A DNA stretch of 64,000 bases, from the IMG/VR virus record IMGVR_UViG_3300046167_000798. The stretch is one strand, 5' to 3'. This stretch comes from a virus. Lineage: Duplodnaviria > Caudoviricetes. Made by a program: the position numbers and the translations under genes. This document shows positions 1 to 10,631 of this stretch, one piece after another. The notes beneath the pieces are model-generated. The model made no database searches and was not told the DNA's origin. It was given only the letters and a program-made list of their open reading frames with translations. Position 1 is the stretch's first letter. The number at the start of each line of letters is the position of its first letter.

Positions 1-912
1 AATCCTGTTTTCTTAGATTCTTTTAATTTATTATTTACTTCTGTGAACCCCATTTCAGATGCATCTTTATCTGTGGGTTTAATATTTTTTGTAGTGATTC
101 CTTGATTTTGGAATTGCATAGTATAACGTAACGCTTGTTCTTGAGCATCTTCATCTAATAAGATGTTTATAGAAGATACTCCATTTTTAAATATAGCATC
201 ATTTAATTTTTTAGGAACAAACTTACCCAATATAGGAATAGAATTTCTTTTAACTGCCATTGCATCAAATACACCCTCTACTAAGGTAATTGGCTCATTC
301 CAATTTATTTGATTTTCAAACATTATAACATTTTTAGAAACTGGTGGATTCTTTGTATTTAAACTTTTCCTCAGAGTGTACAGACCGTCGCGATGAAGTA
401 ATTGAGTCTATTATCCAAATCATAGGAAGGAATAATAATCCTATTAGAATACATACCACCATCACAATACCCAATATTATATTTAGTAATATCTTCTTTA
501 GTAATACCTCTATCTTCAGCATACTTAAGAGCCTTTCTGTACACAGGATTTACTTTACCCTTTGGTACTTTTAGTAATGATTTAAATTCACTTGGTAATC
601 GTAACTCTACCCTTTCATCAACAGTATCTTTATTATAAACTACATAATCATCACCATAGATTTCGTATAACTTTTCTTTATTTACGAGCATCTACATGAA
701 GTCTTTTAAGTAATCTCTGTATTTTTCTTCCTTTTGCATCACAAACCCAACAATGCCAATATTGTGTTTTAATATTAACTTGTAGTTTTTTCTTATGATG
801 ATGACAAAAAGGACAATAGTGTGCCTGTTCATCATTTTTCATAGATGTACCAGGCCCCTAAAACATCATTTAATATATTAATAACTTCTTGTTTCTCGTG
901 ATGTGAGAGCAT
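1..912 (-). CDS. DNA primase (Zn finger + TOPRIM), runs off the window start; four +1 insertions in this assembly
   Basis: Removing single extra bases gives MLSHHEKQEVINILNDVLGPGTSMKNDEQAHYCPFCHHHKKKLQVNIKTQYWHCWVCDAKG (CxxC...CxxC), then NRIIIPSYD...YFIARS...ITLVEGVFDAMAV...ILLDEDA (TOPRIM EGxFD and DxD). Confidence 0.85.
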
Positions 913-930
913 AATTACACTTTTAACAAT

Positions 931-962
931 ACAAATATACGAAATTATTCCGTAATTTCCAA
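931..962 (-). promoter_or_regulatory. Bacteroidota-type early promoter
   Basis: Minus strand TTG-gaaattacggaataatttcg-TATATTTG, just upstream of the primase ATG. Confidence 0.75.
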
Positions 963-1418
963 GTCTTTTCTAAAAAACTTTCCTAATAGGTTATCATTTA
1001 GAGATAATTTATCAGCAAGTACATTATGAGAAAACTGTTCCTGTAACTCATAATATGTTAATGCCTTCTTAGTTTTACAAAATCTAAGTATCCTTAGTTC
1101 TAATCTATCATTTATTTCTCCTCTCGGTTCTTGTTCCATAGATAAAGTGTTCGAATGAAACCATAATTGTACTGAGGCATTTGATGAACGATAATCTTGC
1201 CACTTAGATTCTTTTATCACCTTTCTTTTTCTTTTGTAACCTTTTAATGGTGGTAAAGTTCTATGTGAATATAAGGATTTTTTTCCTATATAATATTGAC
1301 CAGTTTGGCCATTTGTAATCTTGTATATAAATCCGATAGTCCCCTCGGGCATATCTGATATTTCTGTTATTGGTCTTCCGTTAAAATTCCATCCCATAGT
1401 TAAAAATCTTGAAATCAT
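945..1418 (-). CDS. GIY-YIG-like protein
   Basis: GFIYKITN...YYIGKK N-terminal motif. The true start may be MGWNFNG. Confidence 0.5.
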   Translation of the reverse strand: MISRFLTMGWNFNGRPITEISDMPEGTIGFIYKITNGQTGQYYIGKKSLYSHRTLPPLKGYKRKRKVIKESKWQDYRSSNASVQLWFHSNTLSMEQEPRGEINDRLELRILRFCKTKKALTYYELQEQFSHNVLADKLSLNDNLLGKFFRKDLEITE

Positions 1419-1950
1419 TATAATACCTCTCTCTCACCCACTCCTTCATCCACTCTTCAGAATAATAATATTTGTAATATTTTTCCTGGTTTAAGTTTGG
1501 ATGATTGTTGTGTATTGGATTATTATTTAGATGTGGTAACTTTTCTTTATAATTAAGTTTTTTAAATAACACAGCGGTATCTTCTAATAAGTTTTCATAT
1601 CTTCCTATAAAAGATACTTCTTTAGTATTTGTTTTTCCTTCGTTAATATAATAACTTTGAGGTATAATCCATGTATCGTTTTGATTTATTGTTTCAGTAA
1701 ACTCACGAAAATTACTTGAATAAATACCTTTTCTAACTCCATGTTGCCATGCAGACATCAATCGTGTAAAAGGATTCCTTACTATTGTAAATATAAAATA
1801 TTCATTATCTGGAACTGCACGTATAGAATCATGTGAAGTATATATTTCCACAGATTCCTTAGTTAGTAATACTTTGTTAATTGATGTTCCTCCGGTTTTA
1901 GGGACATGAATAAATGCCCATTTTTCAGAGTGATTTAGAAGTAAACTCAA
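1381..1950 (-). CDS. Sulfotransferase family 2 protein
   Basis: FIHVPKTGGTSI (5'-PSB loop), FTIVRNPFTRLMSAW (3'-PB motif), FIGRYENL. Confidence 0.85.
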   Translation of the reverse strand: MSLLLNHSEKWAFIHVPKTGGTSINKVLLTKESVEIYTSHDSIRAVPDNEYFIFTIVRNPFTRLMSAWQHGVRKGIYSSNFREFTETINQNDTWIIPQSYYINEGKTNTKEVSFIGRYENLLEDTAVLFKKLNYKEKLPHLNNNPIHNNHPNLNQEKYYKYYYSEEWMKEWVRERYYNDFKIFNYGMEF

Positions 1951-1966
1951 AATTAATTGATTTAAG

Positions 1967-2146
1967 TTATTTTATTGTATCTGAGTACTTTTTCAGATTC
2001 AATTTACCACCTCTTGCTTGTGCAAGTGCCTTATTATCTTTGTGTAATTTGTTTTGATTATCAGCAGATATAGGTGTTTTATCTTTTCCTTTGTCCGCAA
2101 GTTTTGCGAATTCGGACTTGTTGTATAAATCTTGTATTGATGCCAT
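1967..2146 (-). CDS. Small basic late protein, 59 aa (MASIQDLYNKSEFAKLADKGKDKTP...)
   Basis: Read by hand. Preceded by TATTTATA (2168-2175) and an AAGGAG ribosome-binding site. Confidence 0.7.
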   Translation of the reverse strand: MASIQDLYNKSEFAKLADKGKDKTPISADNQNKLHKDNKALAQARGGKLNLKKYSDTIK

Positions 2147-2179
2147 ATTAGTATCTCCTTGTTATTATATAAATATAGA

Positions 2180-3283
2180 TTAAGTATCGAAACGAACAAT
2201 AAAGTTCATATCATAATCTGGTAAATTCTTTATTGGTTTAGGTAATTTAGCAACCGCAATCATATTATTATCATCATCATATAAACCAATTGTTGTAATA
2301 AATGGTGCTAAATAAGAACCAGTTGGGTCTATTGATGCAGATGTATGATAATCATCCCAACTACCACTTACTGATGGTAGATGTGAACCTGTTATTGATG
2401 ATTTTAATTTTATATCTCCTACCTCTTTAATCTTAACAGTTTCCGCTGGTTTAACATTTGGTATAGCCGTTGTTGTAAAATCATATGAGTTTGTTAATAC
2501 AACATCTACAGCAGATGGACTTTGTGAAGTATTAAATTCACCAGCCTTAGAACTTACTAAAACTTCTGTTTCGTAAATTGTTTTAGTACTTCTATATTCT
2601 AATGAATAACTTGTAATCAATTCAGTTAAAACTATTAAACCATCTTCATAGAAAATATTACCAAATTGAGAAGCATCGATTGATAGTCCATCGAAATCTA
2701 ATACTTCAGATACTTTCATCAATCCTGCTTGTAAATCAAATGAAACTATATTTACTACATCTGTATCTGTACCAAACGTTACTGTCATTTCACCTGATTC
2801 TAAATCAGTTGGAGAACTAGGATGTATTGTTCCAGTAAATACCTCACCATCGTTATCAGTTATAGTAATTTGACCTAATTCAAAATCAATACTTGTAAGA
2901 GTATATTCAGGAACACTTGAGAATATATTACCACTACCATCATCACTATAAATACTATCATTATCGTGATTTACTATTTGAACTGATTTGGATTTTATAG
3001 CTTCACCATATAATTCTTGAGGAACTGCAATGGTATAAATAGTATTAGCTATCTTTCTTTCTGCACTAAGATTAGATAAATCAGAAACTTTACCAAATAA
3101 AGTAATGGCAGTTGCATCTGAATTATAAAACTTAGAATTTATAGAATTCCAAAGAGAATAATTATCACTTCCATAACTATTTGAAGCAGATACAACAGCA
3201 TAATCAGAATTACTTATAGACCATTCTTTATAGACCTTAAAGTTTCTTTTACTTATATTCGATTTTGGTATAGTTTTTAACAT
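2180..3283 (-). CDS. Virion structural protein (baseplate/tail-collar associated)
   Basis: C-terminal PFITTIGLYDDDNNMIAVAKLPKPIK motif shared with 3367..4596. Late motif at 3302 and an AGGAG site. Confidence 0.6.
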   Translation of the reverse strand: MLKTIPKSNISKRNFKVYKEWSISNSDYAVVSASNSYGSDNYSLWNSINSKFYNSDATAITLFGKVSDLSNLSAERKIANTIYTIAVPQELYGEAIKSKSVQIVNHDNDSIYSDDGSGNIFSSVPEYTLTSIDFELGQITITDNDGEVFTGTIHPSSPTDLESGEMTVTFGTDTDVVNIVSFDLQAGLMKVSEVLDFDGLSIDASQFGNIFYEDGLIVLTELITSYSLEYRSTKTIYETEVLVSSKAGEFNTSQSPSAVDVVLTNSYDFTTTAIPNVKPAETVKIKEVGDIKLKSSITGSHLPSVSGSWDDYHTSASIDPTGSYLAPFITTIGLYDDDNNMIAVAKLPKPIKNLPDYDMNFIVRFDT

Positions 3284-3317
3284 ACAAAGGTTTCTCCTCT
3301 ATATAAATATATTGAAA

Positions 3318-3343
3318 TAAAAAACCCCACTCGTGGTGGGGTT
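3318..3343 (-). terminator. Rho-independent terminator
   Basis: AACCCCAC-cacga-GTGGGGTT followed by a T-run on the minus strand. Confidence 0.8.
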
Positions 3344-3366
3344 ATTTAAAATTATAAGTTTATAGA

Positions 3367-4596
3367 TTAGAAATCAAGTTTTACTTTGATTAATACTTCC
3401 TTATCAAATGATTTTGGAACTGGTTGTGATGTTTTAGCCACCGCAATAAGTTCGTTAGCATCACTATATAATCCAACTGTTGTAATAAATGTTCTTGGGT
3501 CTTTTTCAAAAGTTGATTCTGCAAAAGAATTATCTGAACCAGTTACGAATGTTGGGTTATTAGAATAATTATATTCTCTGTTTGTTGCTCTTACGAAGTA
3601 ATGTGAAGTAGAAACGTTTTCTGTTCTTCTTGCTTCAAAATCATTACCACCTTTAATTGCATTGTGTAATAAGAAATGATTTTTAGCTTCTGCATTTACT
3701 GCCAAAGAAACTGATGCATTATCTGCATTATCTTTATCAATTGATGTTCCTATTAAACTATGAACAGCAGTTGGGTTAAGAACAACTAATCCTTGTTCTG
3801 GATAGAATAAACCTAAACCTTGACCATTTGAAGCCGTAAGTGAGTTTACAGTTGCTGCATTTTCTGTTCCTAAATTAAGTGAACCACTACCTACATTAAA
3901 TACTCTTCCTGCCTTTCCAACAGTATCATCAAATTTCTTACCACTATCATCAATTAATGTAGAGATTCCAGCAGAACCACTAAGTTTTAATGACCAGTTT
4001 CCTGCATCCATTTTCTCTTTGTAACGGGCACGAGCTACATTGATTACATAGATACTATCGGAATCGTGTGTTCCAGCTGCAGATGAAGAAAAGAATGTAA
4101 ATTTACTATCATCTTGGTCTAAAAGAATTGATTTGTATTGAGCATAAGTTGCTTTAGATGCTAATGTAGATGAATCAGAGTTTGCTAATGATATAGAACC
4201 CTTTCCTTCTCTGTGTCCATAAGCAACTGCATATTGTATTGCTGCTGATGAATCAGATGATGGATTTTTATCATATACATTTAAGTAATAGTTTGAACTT
4301 GCTGCTGATGCCTGAGTTGATGAAGTAAAGAAAGTATTTAAACTTCCAGTATCTCCACTCCAAAGACCAGTAGTAACAACTTCTACTTTACCTGTAATTT
4401 GGTCGAATTCTCCAAATCTCTTATAGATACCATTGGTGATTTGTCCACCACTTGCACCTAATTTATCACCACCACTTAAGTATTGGTTAATGATTTCTGT
4501 TAATTGTTCAGAAGTAAGGTTACCTTGATTACCGGATAAATAATTCGATAATTCTGCTGATAAATTTACTCCTGCTTGTCCGTTTATTTGTGCCAT
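3367..4596 (-). CDS. Virion structural protein (paralogous C-terminus to 2180..3283)
   Basis: YFVRATNREYNYSNNP...PRTFITTVGLYSDANELIAVAKTSQPVPK. Lies in the baseplate operon. Confidence 0.6.
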   Translation of the reverse strand: MAQINGQAGVNLSAELSNYLSGNQGNLTSEQLTEIINQYLSGGDKLGASGGQITNGIYKRFGEFDQITGKVEVVTTGLWSGDTGSLNTFFTSSTQASAASSNYYLNVYDKNPSSDSSAAIQYAVAYGHREGKGSISLANSDSSTLASKATYAQYKSILLDQDDSKFTFFSSSAAGTHDSDSIYVINVARARYKEKMDAGNWSLKLSGSAGISTLIDDSGKKFDDTVGKAGRVFNVGSGSLNLGTENAATVNSLTASNGQGLGLFYPEQGLVVLNPTAVHSLIGTSIDKDNADNASVSLAVNAEAKNHFLLHNAIKGGNDFEARRTENVSTSHYFVRATNREYNYSNNPTFVTGSDNSFAESTFEKDPRTFITTVGLYSDANELIAVAKTSQPVPKSFDKEVLIKVKLDF

Positions 4597-4611
4597 TTTA
4601 TTTTCCCCTTA

Positions 4612-5239
4612 TTAACTAGATACATATGTTACTGTTACAGGAATAGTTTGTGAACCACCTGTTTCGTTACCATATACTGTAATTGTTGATTTAATTGTTG
4701 CCGTTATATTAGGATTAGGAATAAACGTAAATGTTAATCCTGTTTCAATTGCAGCGGTTGTTGTAATTTCATCACCTAGGAATGAAGGTACTGTTCCTGC
4801 TGAGTTTGATAATCCTGTACCAACGATTGAACCAGCATTCTTGTTAGAAAGAATGATAGTATATCCACTCTGAGTGTTACCACTTGGTGAAGTTGTTGGT
4901 GTAAGTGAAACCTGTCCACTTTCTTGGTTTACTGATATTGAAGGTACACCAAATTCTACTTTTGGAATTTTAGTTGTTCCTTTTGGTAAAGTTACCAATT
5001 TATATTTTAAGATTTGAGTTTCATCTGGTGAAGCCCTCAGTAATCGGAATCGCTTTGATTGCCGCATCATAATATGCACTTCCTTTTGGATGTGCTGGTT
5101 CGTAAAGTGTGTAATCTACCTCATCATCACCTAGTGCGAATTTTGAGATATTTAAACCTTCACCAGATGCTAATTTTTCTCTACCCTTTTTGGTAAGAAT
5201 TGCATCTACTGTTATTTCTGTGTTATTTAAATAAGCCAT
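4612..5239 (-). CDS. Virion structural protein; one gene split by an extra G near 5035
   Basis: ORFs 5021..5239 and 4612..5079 join as ...AIKAIPITEASPDETQILKYKLVTLPKG when one G of gaggg is removed. Confidence 0.7.
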
Positions 5240-5317
5240 AATTAAATTTTCCTCTTGTTATTCAATATATAAATATAAGTATTTTATAAAAATATATTAT
5301 TTCTAATCTTTTATTCG

Positions 5318-8300
5318 TTAATCAACTTCTAAAATTGGTTCTCCACTACCTCTTCCACTATCAGAAACTCTCAATGTATTAGGATTCGTAGTAAATGTTA
5401 CAACAGGTGAACCACCATCTAAAGTTGTTTTACTTGTTTGTGATGAACCATTAAAAAATGAATTTTCCAATCCACTTGTTAAATCACCAACGTTACTATA
5501 ATGTGTTTCAAAATTACCATCTAATGGAGTAACTTGTACTATGTTTCCTGCTACGACTGGGTCAGTTGTTTCACTTCCATCTGAACCTGTGAATGGTAAT
5601 ATATTTACAAATTGTTTGTATTTAGTTATAGAAACAAATTCTCTTCCCAATGATTCATCACTTGAATTTATATTCTGTGGTACATCTTCTGAATAAGATT
5701 CTTTTAATAAAAATACTTTTACTCTATCTTTTACGAAATTATTATTTTTATCTAATCGTGTTCTAATAGAATGAGAATCTTTTCCATATAATCCAAATCC
5801 TAATCTTGATAATGATTCAGCACCCATTCCTATTTGTTGATACGCAGTTGAATCATACGCACCTTGTACTGAACCAGTAAATTGTGCATCTACACTAATA
5901 CTAATACCACCCATATCAGAACCACTATTTACTGTGATAAATCCTGTCTGATTTATATCATCAGAAGCGGTTACTTCTGATTCATATACATCATATGAAC
6001 TTGTAACAATTACATCATCTGATGCAGTTACTTCTGCATTAAATGTATTTGTATTACTAACAAGAGAAACTTCTTGTGATGAAGTTATACTTGCTAATAT
6101 CATATGATTATCAGAAGTGATAGATATATCTTCTTGAGTATCTACTTCACTATTGTATTGATTATTTTGTGCAGTAGTTGGTTTTAATTCTAATTTACTT
6201 CTTTCAAGTATATGTGGTTCAATTAATAATCCACTTATTACTTTCGCTCTACTTGGTATAAGTGATTCTAAAGTAGTAAATAATGATTTATCAATATATC
6301 TAACTAACTGTATGTACTCTTGGAAATTTAAATTATATCTATCAAAATAATAATTTCTAAGATTTTTTAGTTTAGTGTATGAATCTTTATAATCATCACT
6401 TGGGTCTCCAATATAATCATCTATACTAAATGAACCAAGAGATTTCATTATATCCATATTGATTTCTTTTATAGGAGAAAAGAATAATCCTAATTTATTA
6501 GAATCAATAGGAGATTGGTCATATGATTTTTTAGTTGCTCTACTTCTATAATTTAAATTAGATTCTAATGTTTGTGTTTCAAATCTAACTTTATTTCCAA
6601 AACTAAATCCTGTTTGTGGAACTTTAGCAGTTACTGTTCTTTCGTATGGTTGATATTGATAAGGATACTCAGATACACTTAAGAAATTAGATGCGGTTGC
6701 AAACGGCTCGTAAGTGTTTATAACCGAAACATTTTTTATTTCAGTATCAGAATTTCTATCTTTTGGATATTCAAAATCCAATCTTAAAATTAAATCATCT
6801 GTTGATGAAGAAACATGGTTACCATCAATTGCATCAGGTAGTAATGTGTGATTGGTAACTACCGATTCACTCAATGGAGATGTCCATAATCTAAACTCAT
6901 CTAATGAAGCAGTTAATGTGTTTCCACCAATATATAATTCACTTCCACTATCCCATGCCTTTGTAGTAGTTGTAAGTGTCGTACTTACTTCATTTCTAAT
7001 TCTTCCTTGAAATCCTTCTTTAACATATAAGTTAAAGTTATCAGATGCACTTCCACTTTCTCTTGAAACTACTATTTGAGTATATTCTTCATTAAATAAT
7101 GGAGTTAGTGCTGTACTTGCAGATTCTTCACCTACTGTTAATTTTACACTTGCAAGTGAACCTGTATTTTTTATAATATCTAAAGACCAATTTGATGCAC
7201 TTATTATTTGTTGGTCTTGTTTTTGATTTGTGTTTACTCTAACCTCAACTGCGTTTGGAAAAGTTGATGAGTATTCTTTCCAAGGTACTATAATAGAAGA
7301 ACTACCACTAATATTAATTGAACTAGTTCTATCTTCAAATGTAAAATCAGTTGCTGCACTTTCACTAGATACATCTTGTGGTCCACCAAATTCCATTATA
7401 GTTAATAATGATGCAGGTACACCATAACAACTCAATGCAGCATGTACAGCTCTCTTAGTACCTTTATTTTTATATAAGTAAGGTAAGTTATTTAGTAATC
7501 TTCTCCATACTTCATTTTGTCTATCCTTACCACTCATTGATGATACTGTTGTACCATCTGAATGTTTACCAAATGCATATTCCCACAAGAATTGTGATTG
7601 TACTCCCATATCAGCATCCCAACCAAGAGATTCTAACATATGATATACAAGTTCACTTGATACACCAATTTCTTTTTTATGTTCTGTTTTTTTAGATTGA
7701 GATACTCCTCTGATATAAGTCCATATTGTATCAAAGTGTTGTCCAATCATATCAAAGAAAAGAACATATTCACTATTTTTAAAATCATCAGTAACATGAG
7801 CGGGTAGGTTATAACTCAATCGTGATGTATTCTGTTTATCAAATTCATGTGCACTAACAACCGCACTATCGTACCAACTTGTTACTATAGCATCACTAGA
7901 TGTTATTGCAGTTCCATTTACATTAAAAGGATATGTCCATGAATTTGCATCATTTGTTGTAAACTCAGATGATGAAGTGAATAAGAATTTTTCAAATGAA
8001 TCAAATCCTCTTTTTGTTTCATTTATTTTGTTTAATTGAGAATTTGCTTCATTTAATACAGATAACGAACCTGTCCATCCTGTAATACCTGAACCTGATG
8101 TTAGTTGATTATATCTATATTCATAATTTTGAATTAATTTTACTTTATAAACAAAGTTTTCTACTCTTTCTTCAGCAGATGAGTATTTTACAAAATCTTT
8201 CCAATTATATTCTTGTATTCCTGTTTCTTTGATTATATTTCCTGAACCAGAGTATTCTTCAAAAAGGTCTGTTGAACTAGATACAAATAAAATATCAAGT

Positions 8301-10606
8301 TTATCTTGTGTAAAGTTAGAAGAAGATACAAATTGATTAACCAAATCACTAGATGTAGTTGAACCACTTGTAATTAAATCATCAAGAATTTGATATCCAA
8401 TATCATCACTTACATCTAAATCAAAATTAGGAGTAAGTGGATTACATACTTGTATAGAATTATCTACAATAGTAATCTGGTCTATAATTGGTATAGATTG
8501 TATTTTAGAAAGCCAAATAGAATCATTTACATTAACTGCTTTATCTAATGGTTCATATAATTTTAATACTACTGTTTTTTCTGTTGATACCTTAACATCT
8601 TTATTAATATCTTCCTGATATTCGTATTTAGAAAAAGTTTCTTCATCGATTCCCCAAGTTGAAACTAGTTCATTATTACCATTTCCTAAATGTAAGTAAT
8701 GAGTTAAGAATTTAGATTCATCTGATTTAAGGGAATCAACATCTACATCAGCTAAAAAGGCTTTTCTTAAATCAGCAATCAATGTACCTCTTCTAAGTTT
8801 TAAGTCTCCTTTATCAAAAGTAATATTTATTTTTTCATATTTACCTTCTGTTACTTCATTACCTTCAAGATTAGTTGGAATAAGTACTAAAGTGAATTGT
8901 ACTTTATCTATATTCTCTTGTGGTTTATTTTTTAATTTATTTAATACATCACCTACCTTAAACTCTGCTATTCCTGATGGTTCAAATTGTCCTAATAAGT
9001 TTGAATCTTCTTTTTTATCAATATAAATCTTAACAAAGTTAGTGTTTACTGATTGCCAAGATATTTTGAAAGGAACATCATATTCTTTGAAATCAGCTCC
9101 CTTTATATTTTGTGGGTAGTTGATATTTGTAATATCTGGCCCTTCTAATATTTCTTCACTAAATACATTTATTGTAATTTTAGCATATTCACCAGTACCA
9201 CCCTTTTCAGATATAGGTTGTAGATATAGTTCATATAATCCCAATCCATTTATAAAATCTTCTTTATTTAAAACAACCGAACCTGATTTATCGATTCTTC
9301 TTTCTGTTTTTCCTAAAGTAAATCCAACATAATCAGAATATGCCGTTGAGTATGGAATTTTTAAGCTAATACCAGCCGCAATATTATATTTAAGATTAGT
9401 TAAATCAACTTTAATAAGAGGATTACCATCTTGAGGTACATCTACGATTGGTTTTGATTCTATAAATACTTTAGTTAAACCAGAAGTTAGTGGTATCTTA
9501 GTATCATATGTTGTTAAAGTTCTAGCGTCTTTTCTATCAGGATAAGTTATAGTATATGATATTCTATGTTTTGTTACATCTCCTTTATGAAATAATTCAA
9601 TATAAGAAGTTGAATTTTCAAACCCATCAGTACCAGGTTGTCTTAATTTTAGTAAATCATCTTCTTCAAGAAGACCTTCAGTTCCCCAAGATGTTCTAAA
9701 ACCAACAAGACCATTGAATGCAATATCTGCTTCCATTTCTATATCAATAGGTGTTGGGTCAGGTATTACAACTACATTTTTAAATTGAAAATCTAAATTA
9801 GCAGCAAATACTTTTTGTGAAACAACTAGATTTTCAACTGGTTTGGTTGATGGTTGTTCAACCCACCTACCATCTATTCTTTTTTCTATTAAAAATTCGT
9901 AAAAACTAAACTTAGTACTACCAAATGAAAATCTTGGTAGTGGTTTTGGTTGTGGTTTTATAAATGGTTTTGTAAATCCAAGAAATAAATCATCTCCTCT
10001 AACTGCAAGTTCTTCACGCCCATCAAATCTAAAATTATTATTAAATTGTGGTTTTATTTGGTCAAACTTTAAATAATCTTTAGTAATAGGAACATAGTCT
10101 AGTTGAACATCTTCAGGTACTAGTGGTTTTATTTCTTTAACTATACTATTTAATTTAGAAGTAATTCTATATGAATCATCTGATATTTGTTCACCTCTTT
10201 TTACAGTAACTATTACTGGTTTAATACATTCTTTTGCATTTAAGGATATTTTTTTAGATGAAGAATTAAATTCTGTATTTTTTGAATTAAAAAGAACATC
10301 AAATCCTTTTTTATTAGAAGATGTACTTAATAATATAGTTGCATTTTGGGTTTTTATTGGCGGTTCATATTTACATACAGAATTATTAGCAGTAGTTGCT
10401 CGTGGATTGTAGTTAATCGCAGTTCTATCCATACACCCACTAATAATAGGAATATCTTTAGTAGGAGAACCTACTCCACCACCTCCACCAGAATCTAAAT
10501 TATCAGACAGAACATCATCGACAATATCATTTTGTCCTCCAAATCCTAAATCTGAATTTGGATTATATTGTTCATCGAACTGAAATATTTTCCTTTTAAT
10601 CGCCAT
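5318..10606 (-). CDS. Large baseplate wedge/fibre protein (gp7/P2-I-like motif plus LamG-like domain)
   Basis: 1762 aa. FFDMIGQHFDTIWTYI...LPYLYKNKGTKRAVHAALSCYG; LDEFRLWTSPLS; one GCMD..AINYNP repeat near the N-terminus. Confidence 0.6.
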   Translation of the reverse strand: MAIKRKIFQFDEQYNPNSDLGFGGQNDIVDDVLSDNLDSGGGGGVGSPTKDIPIISGCMDRTAINYNPRATTANNSVCKYEPPIKTQNATILLSTSSNKKGFDVLFNSKNTEFNSSSKKISLNAKECIKPVIVTVKRGEQISDDSYRITSKLNSIVKEIKPLVPEDVQLDYVPITKDYLKFDQIKPQFNNNFRFDGREELAVRGDDLFLGFTKPFIKPQPKPLPRFSFGSTKFSFYEFLIEKRIDGRWVEQPSTKPVENLVVSQKVFAANLDFQFKNVVVIPDPTPIDIEMEADIAFNGLVGFRTSWGTEGLLEEDDLLKLRQPGTDGFENSTSYIELFHKGDVTKHRISYTITYPDRKDARTLTTYDTKIPLTSGLTKVFIESKPIVDVPQDGNPLIKVDLTNLKYNIAAGISLKIPYSTAYSDYVGFTLGKTERRIDKSGSVVLNKEDFINGLGLYELYLQPISEKGGTGEYAKITINVFSEEILEGPDITNINYPQNIKGADFKEYDVPFKISWQSVNTNFVKIYIDKKEDSNLLGQFEPSGIAEFKVGDVLNKLKNKPQENIDKVQFTLVLIPTNLEGNEVTEGKYEKINITFDKGDLKLRRGTLIADLRKAFLADVDVDSLKSDESKFLTHYLHLGNGNNELVSTWGIDEETFSKYEYQEDINKDVKVSTEKTVVLKLYEPLDKAVNVNDSIWLSKIQSIPIIDQITIVDNSIQVCNPLTPNFDLDVSDDIGYQILDDLITSGSTTSSDLVNQFVSSSNFTQDKLDILFVSSSTDLFEEYSGSGNIIKETGIQEYNWKDFVKYSSAEERVENFVYKVKLIQNYEYRYNQLTSGSGITGWTGSLSVLNEANSQLNKINETKRGFDSFEKFLFTSSSEFTTNDANSWTYPFNVNGTAITSSDAIVTSWYDSAVVSAHEFDKQNTSRLSYNLPAHVTDDFKNSEYVLFFDMIGQHFDTIWTYIRGVSQSKKTEHKKEIGVSSELVYHMLESLGWDADMGVQSQFLWEYAFGKHSDGTTVSSMSGKDRQNEVWRRLLNNLPYLYKNKGTKRAVHAALSCYGVPASLLTIMEFGGPQDVSSESAATDFTFEDRTSSINISGSSSIIVPWKEYSSTFPNAVEVRVNTNQKQDQQIISASNWSLDIIKNTGSLASVKLTVGEESASTALTPLFNEEYTQIVVSRESGSASDNFNLYVKEGFQGRIRNEVSTTLTTTTKAWDSGSELYIGGNTLTASLDEFRLWTSPLSESVVTNHTLLPDAIDGNHVSSSTDDLILRLDFEYPKDRNSDTEIKNVSVINTYEPFATASNFLSVSEYPYQYQPYERTVTAKVPQTGFSFGNKVRFETQTLESNLNYRSRATKKSYDQSPIDSNKLGLFFSPIKEINMDIMKSLGSFSIDDYIGDPSDDYKDSYTKLKNLRNYYFDRYNLNFQEYIQLVRYIDKSLFTTLESLIPSRAKVISGLLIEPHILERSKLELKPTTAQNNQYNSEVDTQEDISITSDNHMILASITSSQEVSLVSNTNTFNAEVTASDDVIVTSSYDVYESEVTASDDINQTGFITVNSGSDMGGISISVDAQFTGSVQGAYDSTAYQQIGMGAESLSRLGFGLYGKDSHSIRTRLDKNNNFVKDRVKVFLLKESYSEDVPQNINSSDESLGREFVSITKYKQFVNILPFTGSDGSETTDPVVAGNIVQVTPLDGNFETHYSNVGDLTSGLENSFFNGSSQTSKTTLDGGSPVVTFTTNPNTLRVSDSGRGSGEPILEVD

Positions 10607-10631
10607 GTTTATAAATATCCTACCCTACTTT

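Noticed and set aside
1-912. Primase, metK, helicase and spike as pseudogenes or programmed frameshifts
   Set aside because: Essential genes carry several +1 insertions in homopolymers with no slippery-site pattern, and catalytic motifs are intact. Sequencing error explains this better.
945-1418. Active intron- or intein-associated homing endonuclease
   Set aside because: Only a partial GIY-YIG-like motif is present, with no flanking intron structure or interrupted gene.
1967-2146. Small basic ORFs as a phage ribosomal protein bS21
   Set aside because: None has the bS21 pattern (ALK/RxFKR/K...KPS).
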